Source: Spirogloea muscicola (Eukaryota). Taken from it: a stretch of DNA of 64,000 nucleotides. This document shows, piece by piece, positions 1-12,443 of this stretch. The stretch spans positions 395,459-459,458 of the forward strand of contig WELB01000027.1 in the NCBI GenBank assembly GCA_009602725.1, read 5' to 3'. A model generated the notes under the pieces. The model had not been told where the DNA came from, did no database searches, and saw nothing but the letters and a program-made list of their open reading frames with translations. Within the stretch, counting starts at the first letter, position 1. The number at the start of each line of letters is the position of its first letter. The translations under genes and the position numbers were made by a program.

Positions 1-1738
1 CGCTCCAGCTCCCCAAGTTAGCTTGTCAGATTTGTTTGTGCTCACCCGTGGGTACTAATGTCATCTTAGGTACCTTAGATTAGGTCTCCGTATTATGTAG
101 CATTGTTTAGTCTGCACTCGACTCTGCCTGAACAATGTATTGGCTTGAATTGGCCTCCCTTTCAATTCATGCGCCCCGCGCGCCTTCTCTCTTTTGGGCT
201 GGCCTCTCCCAGCCACCAGTCAATCTGGCCGCGCTTGTTGTTTCAAAGTAAAGAAGAAAAGACGCTTCCAAAAGAGGGCAGTGGCTGTGAGAGGCCAGCC
301 CAGGAGAACGAACAAAGTTTCAACAAGTGGCTCTTCCAGAAAAGTAAGATCATCCAATCCTCAATGGGCGCGCACTTTCTTGTATGAGTGATCCATCCTC
401 CCCCTGTTCTGACATAGCATCTTCCGGCCCCTTTGTAGCTGCTAATCGCTTGTAGGCCCCTCCAAACCTTTGTCAATTCTTTTTGGGCTGGCTTTTCGCA
501 GCCCTTGCCCCCATTGGGAGTGCCACTTCTCTTTCTTCATCCCAGTGGAGGCGAGGCCGTTGTAAAGCCAGCCCAGAAAAGAATGTACAAGGTCCGAAAG
601 AGCCGTAATGCGTAAGGACCACTGTAGACTTCGCTTCCTTGACATAACCCAGAATCACAAGAGCCGAAAGTGCGGCACTAGGAGGTCGCCCAGAGTTGCT
701 TCACCAAAGTAGGCAAGCTATGTTGTGATTGTGCATGAGGAACATTGTGCATGAGGAACAGCTGGAAAACAAGTGTGCCATTTGGAACGAGTCCGTGCTG
801 CATAGTAAGGCCACAGCCAAATGCAGGCAGCATGTAGAGTGCAGGTGAGGTCCACCAATCAGATCAATCAAGACTCCAGAGGAAATTTTCAAAGGGATGT
901 CAGCAATCTGCGAGGGTGCCCAATTGAGCATGACACTGACGGCTGTGCATCCCACCATCCTTTGGGTCAAGCTTTTCCTGCTTCCTGCTTACTTGCGCCC
1001 TCCGGCCCTTATAGACCTTGTGCGCTCCTTGGGGCTGCCTTCTCACAGCCATCGGCTTCCATTGGAAGAGCTGTTCTCTTCGCTTTCTGTTCTCTTTCTG
1101 TTCGAGATTGGAAGAGCTTCTTCTCCTTGGGGCACACTAGCATGCCACAATTAAACAATTGATTATTATAGAATGCGGCTCTCGCTTAGCTTACACAGCT
1201 CCCAGCTAGAGTCGTTGACTGAAGTGCCTAAGCATTCACCTCCTGTGCATTTGGTGTAAGTGGAGGGGTTTTGCACCCCTCCACTTTCACAACGCCTACG
1301 TCCGTGACCGTTCTCATTCAACAGTCAATCATCTTCATCAGCGTGCACGTTGAGTCCCATCGTCAAGCAATTACCCGGATTGCCATTAAGATCTGTCTCG
1401 CATGGGCTCAGGGAAGCTTGCCATGGTGCCTTTTAACTTTGGCAATGACATTGATTGATGACCTCAAACTTAAGCACAAGAGCTTTGATTTCAGAGTCAT
1501 CCACAATTCTACACAAAGATCTTGCGTGGCAATATGGACAAGTAGAGAACTCTCCTGCGATTATAAAAAATCAGCTCGAAGAGAGTTGTTTAGAAGCCTG
1601 TACAAGTCATTCTGACCACCCTTTGGCATGAAGCTAACGGCCTTGTATCAAACATGGTTCGCTGCTTGCTGATTTACGGCTTACATATTCACTTGGGTCA
1701 CTTCATTCTCAACTCTCAACAACACCAGCGCACAAGCT

Positions 1739-4584
1739 TCACTCCTGCGCTTGCAATCTCTTTGTGGAAGTGCTGTTGAACTCGACAATGTTGGAGGGAG
1801 GCAGATGCCCAGCAGCAATGGCGTGTACGGTGGTGAAGAGCGGAAAATGCCGCAAAACTCTTCGGGCCACGAGCACTTCATGGACCTCGCTGGCTGTCAG
1901 AATTCCCTGCAAGCCCCCTTGCCACGTGTCAGCACTCAGTCTCGGGTCCATCTCGTATGAGCGTGCTTGCCAGGTGATGGAAGATATTTGCTCGATCTGC
2001 CCTCATCTCAAGGGCCTTGGCTACTTGTGAACTGACCTGCAGCTTTTGGCCACCCAGAAGCTCTGCCTCAAGCTCCAAAAAGGACCTGAAAAGCGCAAGC
2101 GCAGCTCAAGTGCAACTCAATCAGCAAAGCTGGTGCTACAAGCTTCGGAGATTTGTGAGGACGCAGCCTCCTCATGGAGCGTGTTCTTGATTGATACCAG
2201 GACAGCGGCTGACCTTTTCCCGCCATGCCGTGCAAAGGCCTCGGCCACCTTGCGATTACGCCCTCCGACTGGAAAGATTGGATAGAGTATGCTTGCTCAG
2301 ATATGTGTACAGCAGCGATGCCTGATCCATGTTCAGTCGCCTTCATCACAGTGACTCTGGAATCTGGTTGAGCTGTGACCTTCGAATTTACACCACTTGA
2401 GCTGAAAATACCAGCTTCACACAGAGTGCTCATTTGATCCAGGTCCTAGTGCCAGGAGCTGCTCACAGCAGGTCGTGATCAGGTCAGCGATGCCGCAGCT
2501 TTCGAAGAAGGTGCCGTCCTGCACGGTTGGGTAGAGGAGCTTTGAGAAAGCTCGCATCTCATTGAGGCCGACCCGCATAATCGCCGCCTGCACAGCCCAG
2601 TCCCCACAATGCACGACTCTGTTGTTCAGCTGCAAGCTCTTGTCAAAAATTGCAGGCTTGCAATTATCAACAAGCTGTGCATGCAGTCAAAAGCAAGGCA
2701 GCCACAAACGCAGCCCGAGATAGAAATGCACAGCACGAAAGTGATACTGAGGCAGAACGGAAACACTGATAAGATGAGGATTTCCACAGTGCCGCAGGTG
2801 CCGCATGTCGTCACCTTGGTGTTGTTCCCCATGCCGAGCCCATCAACCAGGCCTGGCCTCCCCCCCAACGCACGCTTTCCGCTTTCCATCAGATGGTAAA
2901 CTTAGGAAATGGGGCAAGTGAAATTGCCGTCCTTTGGAAGGCAGGACAGAAGCACGTCATGCACGCCTGCATGTCACGTTGATCCTGGCTTGCCAAGTGC
3001 AGGGAGGGTTGCTGCCACCTGCTGCAATGGCCACAATGTTCTTGAGGGTGCCGCAGAGCTCCACGCCCGCAATGTCCTCCACCTGGCCAAGGAAGGACTA
3101 CAACGTCAGAGCTTGGAGCTGCAGCGGCCGTCTGCACAAGCAAGACTGAGCACTGTGGACATCCTGTGCATACTCATTCGGATGCAAATTCTGATGCAAT
3201 CCAGAAGGGCTTGAGTCTGTGAGCGAGAGGCACGCACTGCAGTGACGTGAAAGTAGGGTGTGTCAAAGAGCTGCGCCCACTGGCGGGCGGCGTCGGCCCT
3301 GCCGCGGCTGTATCCCATCGTTGCCTCGCTGAGCTGCTCCTTGGCCACCTACAGCACGCAGCGCAACGGTTGGCTCTCCCTGTCCATCGATTCCCTGAGC
3401 AGAGAACATGGCTGCCGCCGCTGCTGCGGCCGCCGCTGAAGCTCACTTCGCTGGCAATGTTTGCGCCCATCAGGACGAGGCAGTCGACGTCCAGGTGCCG
3501 AGTGATGACACTCGAAATCAACTGCGGGCCCTCTGGCCTCACCTAGCAGTTGAGGAACGCAGTAAATTAGCCGGCCGTAGCAGATTACGTCCGTGACAGG
3601 CCATTGCCTCAGCAATGGCCTCCATGGCGTCTCTGGCAAGCAACACGGGCTCCTGCCATGCGACAGCAGGTGGCAGCACCTACTAGTGCTGGTGCTCTAC
3701 CAGCCGGGCTGCCTGCCAGCGCACCTCCATGCCCTTAATGAGCGAGATGGCGGATGCGAACGGCGGCACGACGCCTTTCAGGCGGCGGCACACAGCCTCC
3801 ACGAATTGGTGCGGCGTGACGAAGACCAGCCGTGTCGCGCCCTCCACTGGCACGCCGGAGAGGGCCTGGCCGTGAGCCAACGTGCATACAGGCCGGGCGC
3901 CTTGCTCCAGGGCCAGCGTGGCCGTGAGCCATGGCCTTACCAGCGGCGGCAAGGTCTGGGATCGCGACGACGTTGCGCCCGAGGTGGACACCCGGCAGGT
4001 ACTTGACGTTCTCCTGCGGCCATGGCGGCGGCTGCCAGTGAGGGTCCGTCCCGGCGTGCTCGGCGGCCTTGTGGGTCATGCTCCGGCAGGCGGCGGCGGC
4101 GCTGGCGCGCCCACGGCGGCGGCCATGGCCTCCCCGCCGCCGACGGCGACGGCGGCTGGCACTCCGTCGTTGTCGTCGTCGTCACCTTGGCGCGGTTGAT
4201 GGCGTCGGTCAGCCGCTCGCCGGATGGCAGCGTCTCCTCGTGCACCCACATGCGCACCTCGTCTGCGAGCTCGCCATTGCCGTCGACAGCGTCAGCGCCG
4301 CCGTCGGAGCAGCTCTGGAGGCGGCGGCGGCGGCGGCGGCGGCAGCGGGGAGCTGCGGCGGACCGGCGATGTGCGGCAGGCGGAGGGCGTTGGCGGCCAC
4401 GAGCTTGGCCGCGACGCTGCCCCAGTTTCCGCTCCCGATGACCGCCACTCGCTCACCGCCGCCGCCGCCGCCGCCGCCCGCGCCGGCGCGGGCGTCATGC
4501 CGCAGCCTGTGGTTGTGGGCCGCCTGNCGCCGCCGCCGCCGCCGCCGCCGCGGCGCCGCGCGCGCGTCGCTGAGCCGCCGCCAT
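1739..4584 (-). CDS. GPD: NAD+-dependent glycerol-3-phosphate dehydrogenase (about 12 exons)
   Basis: Exon peptides in order: [20 protein letters not shown] (Rossmann motif), [26 protein letters not shown]...[62 protein letters not shown]...[40 protein letters not shown]. An N at 4527 makes the start frame uncertain. Confidence 0.95.
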
Positions 4585-5489
4585 GCCTGAGAGGCGTTCG
4601 GGCACGGCGACGGGCTTCGGGACCTCCGCCGGTCCTGGAGTCCCCAGGGCTTAAGGAACTTGAGGCTCTTTGCCTTATTAGCCCACACATAAAAGTGAGC
4701 AAATGAGGTGCGTAATTGCTGGTAAGCAGCGTTGTTACTCGTGCCCCAATGATTTCAGGAGAAACAGCTACTCCAATATTACGGCAATGGCTGTGAAAGG
4801 CCAGCCCAAAGGACTGTACAAGGTCTTGAAGGCGCAAAAAGCATGATATAAAGCCTTAATGACCTCTGCAAGTGGGCGCTCAATAACCTCAATCTCAGGA
4901 GCTTTGCACAACTAGGTGTCTTGACGCCCCGGCACTTGCCAGAGCTCGACTTCCGTGTGCAGCTCCTCAGCGGCTGCCGTTCCTGCTCTTGAGACCAGCA
5001 GCCGCTTCTGCTTGGAGGGCCTCCGGCTGAAGCCTTTCGGCGAGCCCTGGCTTTGCTGCTACTCGTGACGGCCAACGGATTGCTCAGTCATTGCTCAAAT
5101 GAGTCAACAATGAGGTTGGGCAAGTTCCAACTCACTTGGATCTGCTGCAACAGTCACGCAGCTTGCCTGTGTCTCCAGCTTCGGCTCTACTCCACTACCA
5201 GACTTCGTCGCCAGCCTCGCGGTCTCTGGCGTCATTGTTCGTCACAGAGTTGCACACGTACTGTGGCAATCCTCCTCCCACTTTATGGCGCATTACCTTG
5301 GCACAGTGGCCGGCGGCCTCGAGCTACTGGCGGCTGACGAGGTGCCGGACAAACCCACCAATTCTTCCTCCATCCCAGTCCTGCCACCGGCGCATGTGAT
5401 GCTTCCAGTGGCTTGACGCTGCATTCTCACTTGGCCTGCAAGTGGTTTGGCCATTAATTAAAGCTGTTGGTGGAAATTCTCATTACCAC

Positions 5490-8400
5490 AGATCCTATCT
5501 GCAAGCATGTCGTGGAGCGCCCCGGCAGCAGTTGTGGATAGCCTGCAGGGGTATCTCCTTTTTGACACCGGCGCATTGCCACAGGTGCAGCGCAACGAGG
5601 CTTAAGCTATGCTTTTGAGGCCCTCCCACCTGACCACCCCAACACTTTGTGTCTCATCGCTCATTGGGCTATCACCACGTTGCATGCTGTCAAGCTGCAG
5701 CAGTGCTGGTGCGCAGACCTTCCTGAGCAGAGACTTAGGGGGTCCCAGCTCTGGTCAAGCCCGTCATTTCGTCCTCCGTGACACTGATTTACATCTTTGC
5801 TTCACTTGCTCCCCGGCACTCCTGTGGGCGAGAATGTCGTACCGTCTTGAAAGTGTCCACTGCCTGTCGGGTTAGGCAGCGAAGGCCGCACCTGAGCTCG
5901 CTGAGAGTCGCAGCGCGAGTCTGGGAGACAGGCCAGGTCACGATTCCTGTCAGCTTCCACCACCAATGGTGGCCGCCAATCCCAGTCCTTGAGTTGTTTA
6001 GCAGGGTTTATCGCCTGCTGGCCCACCCATGACTCTGCTTGGCGTGGCTGCGCTGGCGCATAGGACGTCAGTGCACTCCGGTCGCTGGACAATGTCTACC
6101 ACTTTCTCTTGCGCAAGAACGTAATGCAGGCACCTCCTGTGCACCTCTTACAACAGCATGCATTGCTGCAGCCGCTTCCTCGAGGCGGCCTGCTTGTCAT
6201 GAGAGGGTAGTTTGGCAAGAGGCCAACATGCAAGAGGGTGCCCCTCGTGCTTCCTGCAGAATCTGCCGCTGACCAAGGACGCGGCTGCGCTGTATCTTCC
6301 CGCTCTTGCCAGCGAGGTTTGTCGTACCCATTTTCAATCATGTACTTCAGATGTTTGCGTGATGTACTGCACTTTCATCTGCGAGCATCTGGGTAAGCCG
6401 ACGGATGCAGATTGTTCTCAATATCCTCAAATTTTGGTAGGTTCTCCGATTGATCAAGCCGTCAACCTTCTTCAGGTGGACTGGCAAGCAGCCGAGGCGG
6501 TCTTCCGGCTATGGCAAGGAGCTGCTGGCCATGGCCGATGCGACAGCGTGCGTGTGTTGCCATGATTCACCTCCTTGAACGCATGTCAAACAACATAGAT
6601 TTGTCGTAGTTATTCAGTATACATTCTCGGTGCAAGCGCGTGCAGGCCCCCCAGACCTTGGCTTTTCGTGTCACCTGCACCCGGACATGCCGGGAGCTGC
6701 CCAGGCACGGGTACACCTCTGAAGATGCAGCAGGTGTGTCAAACAGGAAGTTGTCACTTGCCTGTAGGATTCTGAAGTTAATGTAAATGGGCAAGGAGTC
6801 TCAGCTCAGACGTTGCTGATCAGTAGTTTGGGCGGCACAGTGTGGACTGCTGAAAAACTGCTTGCCTCCCCTCTTGCAGCCCTGATAGGCGCAGGCATTC
6901 ACATGCAGCTCGGCTGGAGGGTTGACATGCGCCAGTTTGACGGTGTGGGTCCCCCATCCATCAGGAGGCATCGCCTGGTGCTTCAGCGCAGCCTAGTCTC
7001 CATCTGGCAGCTTCATGATGTCCAATGAATGCTGTTGTCTTTGCTCTGCTTCTCCGCAGCTCAAGCAGCCACTGGAGGTTGTTTGATAGTAGAACTTGCC
7101 AACCCATCCTGCCCGAGCTCTTGACAGAAATATTTGCTGGTTGAGTATCTTGCAGTGGAGATCATTGCATGGATCTGTGATAGCGAGCTCATTTTGGCCA
7201 TGTGCCTGCTATACGGGTGACGCTTGCCGATTGCCGATTCGCTAACCTCAATCCATGACTTTGTCAGCCGCTGCACTTGCTGCCGTTGTTGGCCACCAAG
7301 ATGGACTTGTTTTGGCACGCGGCAAGACCACTGCCATATATTGCCTAGTTATGACATTGTCCAGACAGCACCATGGCCATGGTTATTGATTTGGAATTCC
7401 TGATGTCCATGTATGCAGCGGACAACAGCTTCAAGGAGGTCTAGACGTAGCTCATACGGCGGCAGAACTGGAGGATGCCCCCTCTGCATGTTGTCGACCA
7501 GGAGGAATGGGCAGTGCGGAGCCCGGCAACCGCCAGGCCAACAACAAGACCAGGCTACAGGCTCGAGCGAGAAGCGCAGGAAGGCAGGTGAGCATTGCTA
7601 CGTGACCAGAGAACCAAGCTCGTAAGACAGTAAGAGCATGTAGTGGTGGTATTGTTTAAGTTGGTGCACCAAATTTCGTGACTTCTGTGCTTGACTTCGT
7701 CCTTCTTGGTTGCAGCCTAGCATGGCTTGCTAGCAAAATTTCTGTGCAGTAGATGTCCCTTGACCCAGATTGTAGGCAGCTGATACATAAGAATTCTGTG
7801 GTGCAGTTATATTCACAACGTGAATACCGCAAGGCCCTTGGCCCCACAGCGCTGCGCCCAAGGTACTGGCCGCTACATTTTGATCAGGCAGCATGGGCAG
7901 ACAAATTATGACCAGTCGATTTCCTGATGGCTTTCTTCCACACGCTGCTATCGCACATATCTCGGGCTCCGCAAAACTTTCAGTTTGCCTGGTCGGTGCA
8001 CGCCGGGTGTACATGCAGTGTGGCATACGGCCTCCTCCGAATGGCAGACATCAAGCCTGGCCACATTGTGCTTGACCCCATGTGAGGCATTCGTCTGCAT
8101 TCATAAGCTCCATAATGGGGATGTAGACAACACCGGTCGTATTTTCTAATGCTGCAGTTCGCCTCAGACAACTTTGAGAAGCTGATGCCACATTTGTGTC
8201 ACGGCCGTTGGCCATCAATCCGTAGATGCTGTGTCGCTAGAGTACTTTGCTGTGTGCGGCAAACCCTTCATGTCACCATTGACAGGAGGGTGGAACAAGA
8301 GCCTAGATTTGGGCTTGTTGCTAGCAGCGATGAGCAAGCCTGACAAGTAGTAGCTGATAATGTGGGTGGCCTGTAGGTGTGGCTGCGGAACCATATCTTT

Positions 8401-9839
8401 GGAAGCCGCCGGGATCATGGGCTCGAGTATCTGCTCCTTGGGAGCAGACTTGAAGGATGCGGCAGTTGCTGCTGCAAGAGTTAACAGTGTGGCATGCTTC
8501 CCAGTGCCCTCAAATAGGAATGAACAAGCCATACATAGATTACACACCAACGATTCATTGTGGACTCCCACACTTGTGTACTCGCTTGTGCGAGGACAAT
8601 TACAATAAAGGGTGGTGATTGATGACGTTATCGTAGCAGACTGGCTTAAGCTCGGACGCGGCTGCAGGCAAGACGGGAAGCTGGTGCGAAGTGCTACAGT
8701 GGGATGCGACGCACATGCCACTTTGCTCTGACTCCATCGACCGCGTCGTCTGCGATATGCCATTTGGGAACCGGAGCGGTAAACCCTGTCCATGCATGTA
8801 CATGCTCCGTGCTCCACATAGCCGTACCGTGAAGTAATGAATCACGTACAGTCCATCTTTGTGGGCCCTTCCATAAATCCAAGATACACTGCGCCTCTTC
8901 AATGGCGCTGCTATGGTCGTGAGTCAATCCTAGAGTGGGTGCAGCAGGTACGTTCAAGTCGAGGGAGCTCTTGGGCCCAAAGGTTGTGCAGGAGGTAAGT
9001 CAGCATAGGTGCCCTTGTGTGCCTATTGGGTTTGCATGCCATGATGCATGTCTTTCTTGGAATCTTCTGTATCCTGTGCCAAGGAGACAAGAAGAGAGGC
9101 TGGACAGTAAGAAACTTGTTTGCTGCTTGATTGCTCCATTGCTGCTGTCTGGACAGGTCATCCGGATTCTCAGGCTGACTACTGGTAAAGATGGCACGCT
9201 GGGTTTCTGCTCCATAGCTGATTGACATACCTATGATGCACCATCACAGAGCCTCCCACGCTGTTAACACCGGCGCAGCACATTTGGATAAGTCATTTGG
9301 ATATGGTGGGGGGGGAGGGGCAAGTGATCAGCCCATGGAAATCTCTATGGTTGTGGTCATAGGTTGTCTGATGGACTGAAGCTGCTTCATCTGCAAACCT
9401 CGCAAAGTCACCAGATGAAGCCTACTCAGTTGCGTGCTGTTGGGGTCTTTGCAGGTGTTGCAGTCCTGATGTGCCAAGGAAAGACCATGAGGCACGAGAT
9501 AGAGGTTGTGCAGAGGCGGTACTTGCAACTCCAGAAGCTCCTTCCCCTTGAGATGGAGGTCAGAGACCTCACCTTGCAGATGCTCCTGATTTGTCTGGCC
9601 TGCTCTTGTAGTACCTCAGCATTCTGAGGTGGAAAACTGCTTCGAGATTGTGTTGTTGAAAGCACTGAGATTGCTTGGCAAGAAGAAAAGGTTGGTTGGA
9701 ATAGCATTGCAAACAATCTGTCATCTAACCAAACGCAATGTTTGGGGGTCAGGGCCTTCGGGTGGATGTGTACGTTCTCCACAGGACACCTGAGCGATGG
9801 ACGCACTCGTTGAGTACTGTACAGCCCATCTTCGCATAA
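5490..9839 (+). CDS. THUMP-domain tRNA guanine-N2 methyltransferase (THUMPD3/Trm14-like); many small exons, 5' end uncertain
   Basis: Spliced peptides: FRVTCTRTCRELPRHGYTSEDAA (~6660), LGWRVDMRQFD (~6910), KALGPTALRP|SVAYGLLRMADIKPGHIVLDPM|CGCGTISLEAA (SAM motif I split by an intron ~8083-8376), LQWDATHMPLCSDSIDRVVCDMPFGNRSG (~8700), GLRVDVYVLHR...* (stop 9837-9839). Confidence 0.85.
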
Positions 9840-10925
9840 ATTCTTGACTAATAATTTCAGTTGTTCTGAATACAGCTGGTGAGGACATAGTCATTGCCAA
9901 TAGAATCAATAATTAGTTTGCGCGCAGGCCGGGGGCAGGCTGCTGTAGATGAAGATTCAGTGCACCATTGAGTGGGGCACAGCCTTCAGCTCTTGTACTC
10001 CTCAACATTCTGGTTGCTGACCAGGAAGGAGGCAGGTTGGCTGACGACCCAGCACAGAGCCTTGTTTGATTAAATGTAGCTCTGTCGGTTGCCTGGCCAC
10101 ATCTACCTTTGAAAGTGGCATGATGCCAAGCTACATGACGCATCCGTTGGTAAGCTGCTGCTAGTGGTCACCACTGAGCGTGGCTACCATCAATCCAAGT
10201 ATATTGTGCCGCTTTTGTGCCGCTTTGTCTAGGCATAAGCCAGCAAGGTGCCCTATGAACCTTCCATACCTCTGCATATACTTGATGGCAGCTACATGGC
10301 AGTGTTCTGATTCTGACAACCATAACACGGGCATCAGTACTGTTGGAGGAGATGTTCCTTTGCAGCCATGCCCGCTGGACCTCAAGTCTCATGGATGACA
10401 TGCAGAAGTGACATTGTGGTCGACAGTGACAACTACAGAGTAGGTCAGAGGCAGATACATGCCTTCTATGTGGCCTACGCAAAGGACTGGCAGGCAGCGT
10501 AGGCCTGGTGCCACTAGCGGTCGCCAGCCAATGTCTGCTCCTGCTTCGTCATGGGGCCATTTTCTATATGTTTCTTAAACATGGAATTAGTGCCGGAGCA
10601 ACATAGCAAGGAGAGTGGCCTGCACAATCGCTTTGACATCCCTCCCAGTTTTTTGCTTGGCATTGCAGCGCAACGTCCTGCAGCCTTCGACCAGGTTTCA
10701 CCATGCTGGTTCCTTGGAGGTTGAAGTGCTAAGATCGCCAAAGTGTTCCTCCATCGTCTTAGCATAGGCCAGCGTGCTTGCGGCAGCCATTGGCAACAGT
10801 AGATGGTCTTAGATTAATCTCCAGCTCTGTTTTATTCACATGCCTGCCTATCAAAGGCTGCATGCCTTATTTGCGGCAAGCGCCCTCTGTATATGCTCCT
10901 GCTCTGGCTGCTATTATGCCTGCTC

Positions 10926-11188
10926 CTGTCATAGCTTGGCCTACCAGATTTTCTTGACGAGTTTGCCTGTTCTTCAGCATGTCTGTTTCTTCCTCTTCTA
11001 CTGTAGCCATCAGAATCTAGAGCTCTTTTCTTTGGGCAGTCTTTGATCACATGGCCAAGCTCACACAGTACAAACAGGGGATCAATGACTGCCCAAGGAA
11101 AGGAGCTCTGCAGTCTGATGGCTACAGTAGAAGAGGCAAAAACAGAAATGCTGAGGGACAGGCGAATCTGTAGGCCACGCTATGACAG
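10926..11188. repeat. Imperfect long inverted repeat (hairpin 1) overlapping a degenerate CCHC zinc-knuckle fragment
   Basis: CTCTTCTACTGTAGCCATCAGA..AGAGCTC..TTGGGCAGTC..TTGATC (left arm) is the reverse complement of GATCAATGACTGCCCAA..GAGCTCT..TCTGATGGCTACAGTAGAAGAG (right arm), with a ~30-nt loop at ~11049-11079. Confidence 0.85.
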
Positions 11189-11201
11189 CTGGCTGATTAT
11201 A

Positions 11202-11480
11202 GTGGAGCATCACATCATCTGACTTGCGGGCGGGATTGGCTGCATGCTATCACTTAGTTCCTGCTTTCAAAATATGTCTGGGCGATGACAGTGTGCAGCC
11301 TGCTGTGGGAAGAGGAGAAGTGCAGCTGCAAGTGCCTACCTTCAATGGCACTGAGATGCAGTTCTCCACTTCCCATAGCAGGTTGCACACTATCATCGCC
11401 CAGATATATCTTGGAAGCAGGAACAAAGTGATAGTTATGCACCCACTCCCGCCTGTAAGTCAGAGGATGTGATGCTCCAC
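11202..11480. repeat. Imperfect ~280-bp palindrome (hairpin 2)
   Basis: Starts GTGGAGCATCACATC and ends GATGTGATGCTCCAC; the arms pair up to AGTGCC-taccttcaat-GGCACT at ~11331-11352. Confidence 0.9.
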
Positions 11481-12443
11481 CAAGAATTAATTTCTGCTTT
11501 CAAGATACACCTGAGCAACATCAAGAGCAGCCAGAGCAGGAAATTCTACAGGTGAGTGAGATCTGTCTGCCGCCATGAGTGGGACGCATCTGTGCCGCCG
11601 CGATGTGGGCAGTCTGCTGGGCCTGTGGAGAAGGGCAAACACCCGATGGAAGACTCTGACTGAAGATAACAAGAATCTAACTATATTGACTAGCCAGAGC
11701 AGGAAAATACAGTATCAGCTTCGGCAACAGGGCAGGCTAGAGCTGCTCCATACAGCAATAGCAGCAGCCGGCCTGCGCTTCAGCAGGCACCTGGCCTCAC
11801 ATGGCCCCAATGCCGACCGTCATAGCACATCAGGGGCACCAGTGAATGAGGTTTATTAATCCACTAGATGATGCCTTGTTCATGCATTCACAACCGTGTC
11901 CAGGACAACTGCAGAAGTTGATGGAAAGTACCCTCATGCCAGGAGCCTGCAGTTCCTGCAACCTCTGATTGTCATCCTTCCTTCACATTTTTCTGACCGC
12001 GGCACTTCCACATCATCAATAGCTTGCACCAACTTCTCACACTGTCTGCACCAGCTGTAGCAAATGTCACTTCATGCTTGCCGCCTACAGTATGACACTA
12101 TCTGCTTCCCTGGGTTTTGCGGCCCTGGGGCAGGTCCCACTACTGCTGCTGGCAGCTGTGGCCACTGCTGGGAACCGGTGCACCCCTCCATCTTCTCTGT
12201 GCGAGCGTCAGCTAACTGCAACCAGCTAGTGACAGGCCTCTGTAGCTACGTAAGCGGTACTTGCACGTACTTCACTGCAAGCAAAGCATGGCGGCAGTTG
12301 CAGTGGTGCCATCATTTCTACAGTGACGGCTGTGTGCAGCACAAAGAGATGGTGGCATTGCTGCAGTCTGCCACAACAAGTAGACTGCCGAGCGACTTCG
12401 TAAGGTGATGATCTACTGAAGAGTGCATTCTAAATAGTGTGGT

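Noticed and set aside
283..680. Recurrent ~38-bp motif as a CRISPR-like array
   Set aside because: Copies are dispersed, diverged and in both orientations, with no regular spacers and no cas genes; eukaryotic context.
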